Assembly (NCBI GenBank): GCA_002189035.1
Contig: NEEC01000011.1
Coordinates: 1,798,001 to 1,862,000, forward strand
Reading direction: 5' to 3'
Source of the DNA: Utricularia gibba
Lineage: Eukaryota; Plantae; Magnoliophyta
DNA: 64,000 nt
Shown: positions 37,772-51,766 of the stretch, piece by piece
Layout: the number at the start of each line of letters is the position of its first letter
How positions within the stretch are numbered: the stretch's first letter is position 1
The notes under the pieces: model-generated
What the model saw: the letters and a program-made list of their open reading frames with translations, nothing else
What the model was told of the DNA's origin: nothing
Databases searched by the model: none
Made by a program: the position numbers and the translations under genes

Positions 37772-38915
37772 ATGGCGACAGTTCCGGGCCAATTGATCTG
37801 GGAGATCGTGAAGAAGAACAACTCCTTTTTGGTTAAGGAGTTTGGGAATGGAACAGCTAGCGTCAAATTCAGCAAGGAGCCCAACAATCTCTACAACGTG
37901 CATTCTTATAAATACTCTGGTTGGTTCTTTTCGTTTGCAATTCTTTTTTTTTTCTACTGTTTTTTGATCAATTATTTCCCGTAGTTTTTCAAGTTTGGTC
38001 TAAGCTGGTTGGTGTCCGAGCTGTGATGTATAATGGATTCCTTTTCTAGGACTGTCGAATACTAAAACTGTGACCGTCCAAGCTGGAAAGGATCAGTCTG
38101 TCCTACTTGCAACCACAAAGACGAAGCAACAGAAAAAACCGTCTGGTTTGCTCCACAAGAGCATTATGAAGAAAGAATTTCATCGTATGGCCAAGGCTGT
38201 GTCCAACCAGGTGGATTCTCACAGCATCCACTAGTGTAATGCTGTTTCCTTGTCTGATTGATCAAAAGGCAGTTCTTCAATTTTTATCTATGCGATGGCT
38301 GTATGTAGATATGTGGATTGATGATAATGCTGCATGAAGGAAACACAATATTCCCATCCCCACCCCCTCCATGTGTTGTTTTACGAGCAGTGAAAACTTA
38401 GCTGGACCTGAAATCCAATTAAAAAATGCCTGGGACCTGGTCATTATCACTTTGGTTTCCATTGTATGTCGCTATATGATGCTGTTTTTGCTCATAGAGG
38501 TCGTGTTTCAGTCTTGCAACTATTGTTCTTTCTTGGTAATTTGTTTTGCTACTTTATGATTTCAATCCTGCATTGCTTTGTTTATAGTCTCGTAAACATT
38601 AGGTTAGAGGCTCAGTTGTTTGGGATTTTGGATGGAAGGACTAGATTGTTGCTACATGAAGTAAATAAATTTCTTTCTTTCCTTGCTGTATACCGCCACG
38701 CGGTGTTGACAGATTGTTGTTACATGCTGTAATCCTCACTGTAAAATTGCTTTCTTTCCCTATTTTTAAACATTCTTCGGGTGATTTCACAGGTAGCAAA
38801 TAACTATTACAGGCCTGACCTGAAGAAAGCAGCACTCGCCAGACTGAGCGCTGTCAACAGAGGACTGAAGGTGGCCAAGTCAGGTGTCAAGAAGAGGAAT
38901 AGGCAGCGTGTTTAA
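37772..38915 (+). CDS. RPL28: 60S ribosomal protein L28 (eL28), 3 coding exons plus a 5'UTR intron
   Basis: [25 protein letters not shown]...YKYSG|[10 protein letters not shown]...KAVSNQ|[21 protein letters not shown]...KKRNRQRV*. Confidence 0.96.
38314..38417 (+). ncRNA. Candidate intronic box C/D snoRNA in RPL28 intron 2
   Basis: TGATGA (38319-24) and CTGA (38408-11) are closed by the terminal repeat tggatt/aatcca. Internal stem aaacaca/tgtgtt. Host is a ribosomal-protein intron. Target not identified. Confidence 0.45.
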
Positions 38916-41317
38916 TGACCACCACTGGTAGGATCCATGTTTTCCTTTTCTTGTAACCACTCGTTTTGAAGTTCCCTTTCTTTTCTCACGCTTCATAGCC
39001 TTCCAAGCATGCTTACTGTTCTTGAGATTGTTGGTTTTGCATTTGTTGCTTAATATCCTTTGCAACGCATTGTCTTACATAGTTACACAAGGATTTGAGT
39101 CTTGCCGCTCACATGGAAATGAAATGCCATTTTACTCTATGATCTATCTACACATGTCTATTTAATAAGAACACTTGGTCTTCTGTTGGGTTTTGAGTTC
39201 TAAATGATTTTTGAAGAAAATCGATTGACATTGAGTCATGAGTGTTAAAAACCTCTTCACACAAACTCCCAGAACTGTTGAGTACCTACCAATGGGTGCA
39301 ATGTTCCTGTGAATGTCTGTCTTTCTGCCTGAAGTCCAGGAGAACGTTCATGTAAACTCGGCATGTTTTGGCCATAAAAAGTGCATTCTCATTCATCATT
39401 AGCACAAAAACTACTTGCCAGGGTTACCCATGTAAGTTAGGAGCCTAGTGTTAGAATGCCGGGGACGTGTTATGGTCTCCATCTTTCTTTACTACAAGAT
39501 TTACACATCCCAATTCGCATGTTAGTATCTTTCAAGTCTGTGAAGTACCCTCCCTCTCTCTCTCAACTTGTAGTGCCTGAGCTCAAAATAGGGATGGGTG
39601 AGTTAGTTATTTCTCATCTTTGTGGGATAAGCAGAAGCCGCTTTCCAGCTTTTCAATACGCTGTGTGTGTGTAGCCTGTTATGCAGCAGAAGCAGCAGCT
39701 TTTCAGAAGCAAAAAAGTAAGTAAAACAGAGCCCTAATCGGACATAAGACTTTGGTGGCGACTGCATCACATGGGCAGGTGGCGCATTGAAGAGCAACGG
39801 AAGAAGATGGTTGAGCCAACAGAGATTTTAAGATCACACCTGCGCTGTTTAATTCTTTACTTGCTCTCTCGCCAAACAAAACCTATGCTTGAACGCAAGT
39901 GAAAGAAATCCCACACAATCACATTGGTTTTCACTACAAGGAAAAAGCAGTCGGGACTCGAGATCCCCAACATATACTATCACAAGATCTGCACAAATCA
40001 GACATCTTGCCAACCCTGGTTTGTTTATTACATTGGTTCAGACTTGGTAGTGAAACATGCATGAGTTGTTGAATTTCCTAAGTACAGACAAGTTAAATGA
40101 ACCCAAGGGCCAAGAAATCCACCAACAATCCCACACCCCAAGTCAATAGAATTGTAAGGATCCAAAATTTCACGACCCAATATGCATGGTTTTACATCTA
40201 ACTCTGTGGATGGTGGTATTATCACCTTGTTATAAACCCTTTGGATCGTGTTATAGTGTGGTATTACTCTTTGTCCAATGGAAGCGTGCATGTCTTATGC
40301 TGTAAGAGCCATCAGATAAGCCAGGAATACAGGAGCACAACTTGAACAGGCACCACAATCTGATGTTATTGAACTGTTCCAACACAAACCGCCTGATTTC
40401 GAAGATTGATGGAGATTATGAGCAGTCCCAAATGATGGTATTTTGGGGTGAAAGATCATCTATCTTAGGAGAAATTCATATCATCGCTTAGGTTACATAG
40501 GACCATAATGGCAAATCAGATGATGCAAATGTGATGTTCCCATACCCAATAACGCACACCCTGTTGTATTTAACATAGTTCAAGGCGTTTGGTGGTGGCA
40601 ACGCCTCTTTGGCCACTTTGATTCCACTGGAACCAGACGACAAACCACGGCATTCAGGATATCCCATCAAAATCCCTTTTCTGTACCCCAACCTAGTGAC
40701 CCTTCTTGTGTATCTCCTACAATCAGCGAGCGAATCAATCACGAGTCCTCACATCTTTTTCTTTAGGCAATAAAGCACACGAGTTTCTTTTTTGATGTGC
40801 TTCTTGCATTCATCAGCTTCGAAGATGATGAGTCATCGATTAATCTTCCCTAATCCTGCTGTTTAGGGTTTCAGTGAAATTTTATTCCAAGTGGAAAGAA
40901 GAAAACCTAGCTCAACAAAGCATTCTTGGAAGTGAGAAGTAACGTTCTCATGGAAATTTTATCCAAATAGAGAGTGCAACGATAGATACTACACTAAACA
41001 TAAAATAAACGAAATAAAAAGAGCTCTAAATGTTATATCATATGTCACACTCTAGATGATTTGGAACCAAAGAAATAAAAAAAGGTTTCAAATAAACTGG
41101 ACGTTCTTCAACAGAAATATTAGACAAAGTATAATTTATGAGCCATCAATAGATACAAGTACGAAGAATCAATGTCTTTGATAGACTAATTTGCATGAAT
41201 GAATAATTAATTCATTACATGTTTTACAAAATTGTATAACATAATTTTTTTCCCAAATTTTCTAAGTATAACTAAATATATTTACTTTTATTTTTTAAAA
41301 AAATTACTGATAAAAAA

Positions 41318-41321
<4 letters not shown>

Positions 41322-41369
<48 letters not shown>
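41322..41369. repeat. (AT)~24 microsatellite
   Basis: Uninterrupted ATAT run. Confidence 0.95.
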
Positions 41370-41373
<4 letters not shown>

Positions 41374-43499
41374 TGATTATTCCAACCATATTTAGTAATT
41401 CAACGAATCTATCACTACATACTGCCCATGTTTGACAATTAATACATCAGAATATCATTTTTAATTATACGTATTATTTATTAATTAATAAAAATCCCAA
41501 TATTGTCATTGAAAAAGAGAGTTCAAGTAAGTATCTTCGAAATATTCATTTTTTTATTAGTTTTCCCAATTACATTTTTTTATAATAAAAAAAAAAGGCG
41601 AAAGGGGACCTTCATCATTCATCACATTCACGGCTAAATCCAAATCCAAAACCAGAATAACTTCACACTTTATGACGTTTACGACAAAGGCTCAGAATTC
41701 AGAAGCCTTTTACTACTGAAATGGGCGAGGGTGTTGTCTCTGTTCCTGGATTCTCTTTTACTTTCTTTCTACCTTTTTCTCCTTTTCACTTTTCTTTACC
41801 GTTTGTGCTGCTCTCGGAACATTTCCAAATAATGACTGCACACTCCCTAATTCTGTCGCAGCAGTATTCACTGCTGGAAGCGAGCATGTTTGTCTCTGCT
41901 CGCTCCCCCTCCTTCATGTGGACAGATCACAATGATTCATTGTTACCCCTCAGCTTTTACGTTTGAATAAGAAAAGGTAACTTTTCAATCCCAGAAAAGT
42001 GAATCAGAGATGGATGCTTCCATCGATTACCCATCTGCGGTGCATGAAACCACACGATGTGGGCGGACGGGCGACTATTTGTCTATTGAGAGAAGGCTTC
42101 ATGAACAAAAATATTGGTGACGTAAAAGCCTTGTTTGATATCCATGTAGAAGCTATTACAAAAAATAATCTCACATCCGGAAATGAAAATATTAGGTTTA
42201 ATTTTTTTTAATATGATTAATATTTATGGTGTATTTGGACTTTAAATATGTTTGCCCAACTCACCGAATTCTTAATTTCATCATGATATTAGAGTTTTGA
42301 CTCATGACACAACTTGAGTTATCAAGATGGGGTTGGTTTTGCATTAGTTCGATTTCTAATTAAAAGAAAAATGAAATGCAATGAGCTTCAATGATAAAAA
42401 TTAGATTGATAAATTGAAATTGTAAAATATATAATAAATTATAGATTATCAGTAATGGATTGAAATTAATTTTTTTAATATGATCTATATTTTTTGTGTA
42501 TTTAGGTTTTACGTATAAACTATTAGATTTTTAATTTCAACAGAATCTTTAATTATCATAGTTTTAGAAGAAAAAAAAATTATTTCTAAACCCTAGTCAA
42601 ATCTACACTCAAATCGGCTCCATGGTATCATACCCGAACCCGACCCGAACCGAAGATACACCTTCAAAAAACATAGGAAGGCACCTCAAATTTCGCATGT
42701 TCATGTGTTTACATATGCTCGCTCGCTTCTGTAGCTGTTGCATTTCGAATTTTGTGGGTTGGTATTTTCAAAAGGCACCTGCAATGAAGGCTCACTCCCA
42801 TTCCTTCCATAAGAGAGCATTATTGATTTCGCATTCACTCTTTTCATCTCTTGTAATACACATTCTCATTATGCTGTCTGAATGAATGAATGGGTCTCCG
42901 AGTGAACAGTTCGCAATTCAGCAAATAATGCATCGTCTGGTACTCACACGACGGAAATATTCCTGAGATAAACATGAAACATGGAGCCTCAAATAATGGA
43001 GGAAATCAATGGGTTTTAATTGTGGACAGGGTCGACTCTCAGTCCGCTTCTTACACCTTTCTCGTATTGTCTTCTATTTCTCGTCAAATTTGTCGTCACT
43101 GAAATTTTTGTACCTTTCTGTTCGATGCTGCGAGCATCAAGACAACTGATGATGCCCATTATAATGTATTGCTTCAAATTTATATGGCATTATTTATTGA
43201 GAATTTCAATTTCTTTTGGAAAAATTATGAAAAATAATATATATTAAAATAATTGTCATATATTATATATTATATTTTTATTTTTTGGGTTTAATAACCA
43301 AATCCTCTTAATCGAACTATGTCGCACTAATGGTTAAGTTTAGGGAATGTTTGTCGCTTATGGGATTAGGATATAAATATTTAATTTATTTGGATTTCAA
43401 TTAAAAAATGGAATAAAGTGATTAATTTTTTTATATATATTTAGTTAATAGGTAAAAGCTTAGTATTAAGAAAAAAAGGACTGTAATTTTAAATAATTT

Positions 43500-43911
43500 A
43501 ACATTTAAATTCGACCCGTTCAATTCCGAGTTTATTTAAATTCATAAGTATGATATAATTTATGATAAATTATTATAATCTAAACATCCGAGCATATATT
43601 TTTTAAAACTACGGTTCAACCACAGTTTATCAAAGTTATTGGATTAAATTTGAACCGTTTTAAAATAATAAAAAATAAATTACAATCCAATTAATATTTA
43701 ACCAAGCTCAATTATGATTTAATGTTTTTTATAAAAATAATATTTAAAAAGTCTTTTAAAAAAACAAATAGTTCAATCACGATTGAATCTATTGGAGTTT
43801 TGATGGGATACGATGCATTAGTTCTGATATGATTGTACCCGAGAAGTATTATGCGATCAAACGACACCTTTTATTATGATTTACGGTTTTTTTTTATGGT
43901 TTAAAACACTG
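43500..43911. mobile_element. hAT-type MITE relic (right end recognisable)
   Basis: Ends ggtttaaaacactg (reverse complement CAGTGTTTTAAACC), with internal GAACCG/CGGTTC motifs. Left end not resolved. Confidence 0.4.
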
Positions 43912-44318
43912 CCCCGGAACATAGGGTTAGAGCACAAATATGCATATTGAGTAATATTAATGTGGTACATGGAGAAGAAAGGTCGGAATCCTCAATGGAA
44001 TATGTGTCGACATATACATACACTTGTCGATCCATGCACAGCACAGCATATGCTCAGAATTCAATGAAAGAAAACGACGCTCCACTGCGACCCAATCGAA
44101 CCCTAGCTAGCCAGCGCCGTTCCTTTTCTTTCTTCCTTCCTTTTTTTTTCAGCATTTTTTTATTCTAAAAAAAGCTGGAAGAAGCCTGCCTGATTCTCTG
44201 TAAACAGAATCTGGAGAAGAAGAAATCAAATCCGGAGACGTGGATAACTGATTGGGATGTGTTGTGAGTGCGTTGCACTTTTAAGAAAAACAGTGAATAA
44301 TGAACAAACCAGAGGGGT

Positions 44319-44885
44319 TCATGGAGCTGGAGGAGGCCGTTTTTGTCCGAGCCGCAGCTCCAAATCGACTTTACCGAAGGGCGGGTACCCGTGATCGATG
44401 CTGAGGCAGCCGTGGTGGGGATTGGAAGCCTCGCCGGAATGCGGCGGATCGGGGTGGGTTTTGTGGAACCCAGGCGGAATAGGAAGGAAAGAAGGCAAGC
44501 CCAGATGCGGATCAGGGGCCAACATGGAGGGTGTGATAGGAAGAAGAGAAGAGAAGCCAGCCATATGTGGATTAGGGATTAAAATGGAGCTAGGGTTAGG
44601 TAAATGGTAGGGGTTGTGGTTTCGCAGAGCCGCCGCTGCCATGAAGTCTCCGGCTTTCGGAGCCGGTAGCAATTCGTGTAGCCGGGCACGGTCACGGCGG
44701 TGGACGTTCATATGCCCACCAAGTGCTTGAGCCGAGCGAAACTCCCTCCGGCAAAAGGCACAAGTGTAGGAGCGGGGAGGCCAAGTGCAGCCCAACATAT
44801 TAGCAGCTGCATCTTCTTGAAAGGCTCGAACTTGCCACGAATCGTCATCACTGTCGCAACCGGATCTCTTGGATTTTCGGATCAT
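44319..44885 (-). CDS. Single C2H2 zinc-finger repressor (SUPERMAN/ZP1-like), intronless
   Basis: [10 protein letters not shown]...[35 protein letters not shown] and C-terminal EAR motif DLELRL. First ATG at 44885; the ORF track's 45128 start is TTG. Confidence 0.92.
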   Translation of the reverse strand: MIRKSKRSGCDSDDDSWQVRAFQEDAAANMLGCTWPPRSYTCAFCRREFRSAQALGGHMNVHRRDRARLHELLPAPKAGDFMAAAALRNHNPYHLPNPSSILIPNPHMAGFSSLLPITPSMLAPDPHLGLPSFLPIPPGFHKTHPDPPHSGEASNPHHGCLSIDHGYPPFGKVDLELRLGQKRPPPAP

Positions 44886-47800
44886 GAAGCCGGAGAATGC
44901 AGTGAAAGAAAACCTTGTGGGGAGGAGAACTAGAAGTTTGGTGGGTTTGTGGAGATATAAAGGAGAGATAGATAGATCGTGAACTGATATGATTGGTTGG
45001 CCAAGTTTGAGTGGGAAGATGGGGACAAAAATCTGAGCTCTCAGAAGTAGTAGTAGCAATAGAAAAAAAAAGGCACCGAAACTAAGAAGAGCAAGTAGAA
45101 GAGCCTCTTCTTGAAAGTCTATCTCCAACCAACAATCTCTTTCTCAGTCCTCCTCCCTCCTTAAATACACACACAAACACCGATGTGCTTGTTGGTGCGT
45201 GCGTGCGTGCGCCCTTGTTTCCACCACAACCAAAACTGGATGATCAATACGGTGCTCTAAACTTGAAAAACGCGCGCAGGCGGTGCAAATGGAATCTGAA
45301 TCCCCAGTGGAGCATGTGAACGAAACTCTAAACTTGGTTACAATACAAATAACTCACAATTTTATCACTTCTGTCATTCAATGTTATAAAACAAACTGCT
45401 TTTCTTTTCACGTCCGATATGAGACAGCTTCAAGTTAGCGCTCTCAGTCTCTGAATTACGCACAATTATTGAATCCTGAGTTTTCAACTTGCCCACGATT
45501 TGGGTGCCCAAGAAGTTGGCTGCTATATGAACATCAGCCTGATCCTAGTGGAGCAACTTTAGAAATGTGAAGGTGGGCAGTGTCAATTCCATTTCCGAAC
45601 GACATTCCTCGTGTCTGCGAGCGTTTTGCCTCTGAAATGGCTGGTGCTGCACAGCACAGGGCCCTCCTCTCTTCCACCCCATTAATACGTGCGGGCGGGG
45701 GGCGGGCACTTGGTTCCACCGGGGAAGACGAAGGATCAAGCAGTGAAAATTAGGGAGAGAGCGGTGAGATGAATGCAGCGCAGTAAATTCCGACCAAGAT
45801 CCGGTGAATGGGTGCGGGGTTTTAATTGGTGTGGCTGATTATTACCAGCCACTCGGTCTTTCTTCCTGGTCGGGTCCTCCTCTCTGATAGCAACAACACG
45901 CCTATCCAAAGTGGGGCCCTCAACTCCAGCCAATTCATACTCACCATAAAACCCCATAACCAACACGCCAATAACAACGACAATGCTTCCTCTTTTTATT
46001 TACTTTTTCACTGGACACGTGGCGGTGAAAAAAAAAATAATAAAAAAAAACAAGACCAAATTCTAGGTTTCCCGGGCCACATGTACGGCGGTGTGTTGGA
46101 TTATCCTTCCAAAATAATATTTCATAATTCATTCTAATAACATAAAATTATATGAAGTACGAATTATTCTGTTTTATACAAATTCACATACTCAATACAG
46201 AGATTCGTAGATATACACATAGATTTAATTACACATATTCAATAATTTTTAAATAAAAATAAAAATATATTATTATTCAATAATCCCATTAAATTTTTCA
46301 ATTATAATTTCATTTTACCATTGACGATCGTCATCAAAATTATCATTTGTGATATGTATATTTTATTTATAAATTATTTTATCATTCATAATATCTATGA
46401 TTCAAATTATGAGATATTGATTATGGAAATAAAAATGTGTTAAAACATATTAAGTTATTGTTTAACAATCTTGAGATTAAGGTTATGTTATTCATTAATG
46501 TTGATTTCGATATTTACGATTTCAGAATTTTCTTTTAAATAGTCATATATATAATATTAAAATATTTATATATTGATTTATTACATTATGACTGATCATT
46601 ACTTTTAAGCCAAGTTAATTTTTTATTATATAATTTATTTTTTTAAAATAATATATTTTTTTAATAAATGATTTGAAATAAAAATATATCTAAGTTTCTT
46701 AAATCCCTATACTCGTATCCATATATTTCCGAATTCGTGAAGCCACAATTGTGCATCACAGATAGAATTTATATTTATTAATAGTAAAATTTCTTTTTTA
46801 AAAAAATAGTTCGTATTTAAAAATAATGATTATTAAATATGAATTATTTTTTAAAAAACTATATTTAAAAATAATTATCATTTTAAAAATATATATATAA
46901 AAAACTCAACTTCTATTTCATCAGAATCAATGTATAAAAAATAATTTTCAAAAAAGTAGAATCAAAGATACCTATATAAAAGTAATCATCTTTCCATAAC
47001 ATTTTACTGTAGTATGGATGAAAGAAATTAAAGATAAATCATTTTTTAAAAAATCATCCCACTTGTTTTTAATTACTCTTACGCACTCTGAGGGAATCTT
47101 TTTTCAAACAAATATTAAACAGAATTTTTAATGTGGAGTGTAAATGTTATTAATTGAACTCCAGATAACTTCTCAACGTTACAAATATTCTTTAGACTAC
47201 CTAAGCGAATGATTTAGATAGGCTATATAATTGCCCTGTTATGCACCCCACCTTTTTTTTAAATAAGTTATAGCTTTTATTAATATCAAAATAATAGTTT
47301 GAATTTAAAATTTTAATAGCCTTTTTTTTTAATTTTAAATACATTTGTGATGAAATTTCTCAGGATGATATGGAGAAGGTGAATGATGTGTTACAAGTTT
47401 TTTTTTTTTTTTTTTTTGTTACTGAAGAAGTTTGATATCTCAGATTGGCTTTGGAAACTCCAAAATGCATTTTTCAAGGTTCCCAAGACATAATTATCAC
47501 TAACAGAAACAGAGTTTTGGAGATGTGAAAATGAAACCAATTATCACCCCACCTCCAAAACACAACTTCACATTTGTAGACTGGGAGTTATTATTTCTGG
47601 ACCAACAATCCTATGAAACGAATGCACATGAGACTACTGACTACATCCCAGTCTCTGTGTGGAATGATTCTAATGGCAACTACCACTAAATAATGTAATC
47701 AAATCAAAGAATCAGGTAATACCAGAAGATGTAATTATTAGACACAAAATCAGGTAACAAACTCAAAATTATTTCTACACTAATCTTACCACAATCACAT

Positions 47801-48206
47801 GCATCATAAAACCGACATTATTGCAAGAAACTTCCCCAAGTCACTGGAAAATATCCATAACACAAAGAGGCTCTGAACTCAAACTTGTTTCATTTGCAGG
47901 GTCTCAATGTCGAATAACTAGAGAAAATATCAGCAAGAAACCCCTAAGCAAACATGCATTGCACAAAGAAGAGGAGGATGGGTCACGGAATGCTCCAAAG
48001 ACATTTGAAGTGAGAGTGGGAATCAACATCAACTAACAACTTATTTGTTTTTCTTTTTCCTTCCTGAAAAACTTACCTTAAAAGTAGGTACACCATGAAG
48101 AATGACAAGCCCACACGAAGCTGCGTCCAATGGCAACCGCACACTCGCTACTCTTGCTTCAGGACTGTTCTTCCACTAAAGGCACACGAATGTAATTTGC
48201 AATTTT

Positions 48207-51200
48207 TCAGCACCTGATTTCATAGGAACCTGCTTTCGTGATGTAACGGACCCATTCAACAGTGTTGTAGCCACTCTTTTCCCAAACCTGAGGATGTTTT
48301 AACGATCTAAGAATTGTCTCAAATAGGAAGCCATTAAGGTCTCATCACCATACAAAGATTCATGAATACCTTGAGAAAACGAACACGAAGTCCAGAGGCA
48401 GTGAACATAGGGACCTATAGTGAAAAGGAGAACGCGAGCATGAACTAAAGTTGTGCACATGAAAAGATTCGAGGATGAAAGAGGGTTTTGTAAGTTATTG
48501 AACATGTGGTAATGAGCATACGGTTTCTTTAGTCAGAGGACGATAACGAATCAAAAGAAAGAATCCAACTATTCATTGTTACAGAAAGCTCATTTTCTCA
48601 CCCACCTGGAATTCCATCTGAATTGGAGGTCGCGTCCATGATTTCTTTTCGTTCATTGTAGATATTAGCTCTACTTCAGCACTCAGAGTTGGCTCGGTCT
48701 GCCCAGGAAATTTTCTTATCCTGCGAAATGAAGTACAAGATTAACTTAATAGACACATCATAAAAGAAATGTGATAGCAAGAGGGGTCGAGATTGAAAGC
48801 CATTTGCATCCATGTGAAATTAAATTATGATTCCCAAATGTATTGCTGAATTTTTATCTAGCAAGGCTTATATATGTTATCATATTCTGATATGCCATGC
48901 TAACATTAAAAATTACACAGCTGACTTGCCCGATAGTACACAGTTGAATTCAATTTTTTGGCACGACAGTCTTCCAAAAAAGTTCCCATGGTTATGAAAC
49001 AAAAGAGCCAGACAACATGCATAACATAAATGTAAATAGCTTACTTCCAAACCAAACAATCTATTGATGGATTATACTTTGCTCGGCCCGATGTCACCTG
49101 AAAACTTGTCTTTGCCGTTTGTTTTGGTACTGGGATCTTAACAACCACTCCGAGTGCAAACATTTTCGCACCAAAGACACTTTTTACCTGAAGTGAGATA
49201 GTTCTTTTATAGATGAGAATGCAGCAACAAATCAAGAAATAATCAAACACCAATAAAATCTCAACAACCTTAACATTTACTTCCATACGTGTTCGACCTA
49301 ATTCCTTGATAGTTGGCAAAACCCTAAATGGGAGATTTACACCCTCTGTTATACGATACCTGATACAATGGAAAAGTATATTTTTAGAGAATGCATATTC
49401 AGACAAATAAAATGCTAATGAAAGGAATCTGGCGGCTAAATAGAGATCATCTTACTTCATCAATTCAAACTCGCCATCAGGTGGAACAAAGCTAACGGTC
49501 TTCTCTGAATTGAATCTTGTAAGGTTTACACATTGATGAAAGGTTACATCATCAAGCTCTATTGTTTTCCCACTGCAAAACGACACATTATTACATCACC
49601 TAAAAAACATATCTTTACACAGAAATGGAAAAGAAAACAATAAATACTACACAAGAAAAAATAAAGAAGCACCTCTTTGCCGGCCGTGACTTAAGCTGTG
49701 ATTCTTTTTCAAGTCCAATTTTGTCATTTAAGCCCAACTTCAAATCAGGCATTCCAGACAAGAAGCATTTCATGAGGATCTTCCCGGTGACATCACATCG
49801 TAAAACAATACCTGTATGAATAAAAAAAATAGGCAGAAATGCAATATCAATAACTAATTCACTGCATTCCCCACTTTTTGGGATCACGGAAAGAGGTTCT
49901 AGATGAAGATTTTCAAAATTCAAAGAAATCAATCCTTACCTTTAGATGACATAAGGAGATTGACACTTTCCACAATATCAAGAAACACCTGTTGAGGAAT
50001 TCGAACCACATAAGGGTATAAACAACAGCAATATACAAAAAAAGGACGAGGGTTTCACACCTCATTCTTCTTATAAACCAGGCCTTCCCTTCGCCAGCCA
50101 ACCGCACCAGTCACTTGTAAAGTAGCATTAGGCACAGGTTTATCCACCGCCTTTGCAAATGAATGAGCATAAAGTCGAAGCAACGATAAGAACACAGAAA
50201 ATGATTCAACATCTACTTCATCCCATTAGAAGCAAATGGTTTCAAGAGTTAAAACCTATACAACTTTTATTGGAATAACAGACCTTGGACGAAAATGGAG
50301 AGCGGACACCTTCCTGAGTAATGTAAAGCTTCAAAATCTCAGGGGAAAGGTTTTGAGGGTAACCAAAATCCATGATTTCTGCAATTTTGTGGCCCAAAAA
50401 AAAAATTAGAATATGCACTCAACCATTCAATCAATCTAAAATGCACAAGTAATGGGCACATGAATGCAAGCCAATAAAGTTAAAAGGTGAACAATCCTCT
50501 TCCAAACTACCATCATGACCTAATGCCACGACAATTGCTATCCAAATAACAATTAACCCTCTTCTAAACAGTTATACTCCCAACCCCCTCCCTTCCTAAA
50601 TTAAAGAATGCATCAAAATACACAAGCTAAGCGAGGAACAGAGCTCCTCTGTAAGATTTCGCATCTCAGCATCCATCATATGCACCCCATGAATAACATA
50701 ATCTATTCATATTTACATAGATGGTTTGTGAAAGCTTTGAAAATTAGAAAATCAGTTTTCCAGATTCACTTGAAAAAAAAAAAGAGGAACAACATTGACA
50801 AGAAAATGAAACTGCTATGAATAAAATGGATGCAGCAGGTTAAATACCATCCAAGAGCTCGTATATCAAAACAAAATTATTGCGAATGGCATCTTCGTCA
50901 AAGGCCCCGCCAAAGTAAGACTTGAATAATGTGACTGCCTGCAAGTGAAGCAAGAGGCTGTGTGAAGCAAATAGCAAACTACAGAACACATTGATCCACA
51001 CAAAGCCATGTATCCTTCAAGAAAGGCTTAAATCACCTACTTACGGATACACCTATCACTTATGTATGCATAAACCAGTTCTTGAATGAAACTGCAGCTT
51101 CAATACGAGATTGAAATACCTCAACAACAAACTTGAATGCACAAGCGACATTCGCATTGCTGCTTACGACAATCACAATATATACGTTACTGATCCTCAT

Positions 51201-51766
51201 GTAGAAAAAGGAGCACCCTCCGATCTGCCGCACTGGACAAGTGCCAAGTTCCTTAGTTTGCATTATATGGACCCGAAAAGCATCCACCATGTTGCCTCTG
51301 AAATGCTATGCATCAATTAATCAATACGAAACAGTACAACCCCATACCATTAACATCAGAGGTTTTAAGCCACAAAAGCTCTTAAAGTAGGGCATAAAAG
51401 CTGCTGCTCCCATTCAAACGTATCCAAAACACTACCAAATGAAATTACATGAAAACCTTTCATGAAACGAATTTGATTCCCAATTGAATGATACCACTAA
51501 ATATCCTAACAAAGATACTATATTGACTGAATTCGGAGAGCAGAAACGAAAATGCTACAAGAAACACCCAGAAGTTGATTAGCTGTTGCACACAATTAAA
51601 ATTGCACACAAAATTACGGTTCACTCAGGATTCAAGACCCAGAAAGCAACAATAAGAAGATGCAACAAGCAGCAAACACAGACCCGACATCGTCGCGGTA
51701 GAGGCGATTAATCAGAACGTCTCCCCGGAGATTAAGGAAGTAAATCGCCGACGCGGCCACCGGCAT
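48207..51766 (-). CDS. AP2M: AP-2 clathrin adaptor mu subunit, multi-exon
   Basis: [28 protein letters not shown]|..[28 protein letters not shown]..|..[26 protein letters not shown]..|[11 protein letters not shown]..|..[15 protein letters not shown]|[26 protein letters not shown]. Confidence 0.96.

Noticed and set aside
38395-38407. AACTTAGCTGGAC resembles the U1 snRNA 5' end (ATACTTACCTGGAC)
   Set aside because: Mismatched, same-sense, and no further U1 sequence or Sm site; treated as coincidence.
40488-40742. Faint cytochrome P450-like wording (VAKEAL..PPNA..GYGNITFA..LW)
   Set aside because: Too weak and no other P450 motifs nearby; retained only as an unexplained island.
44886-45128. 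Hydrophobic 81-aa N-terminal extension of the C2H2 ORF
   Set aside because: Starts at TTG in a CT-rich leader and has no resemblance to homologue N-termini, unlike the PLATZ CUG case.
48207-51766. Search for non-canonical (GC-AG or AT-AC) introns in AP2M, DUF1664 and BCM
   Set aside because: All junctions I could place were GT-AG.
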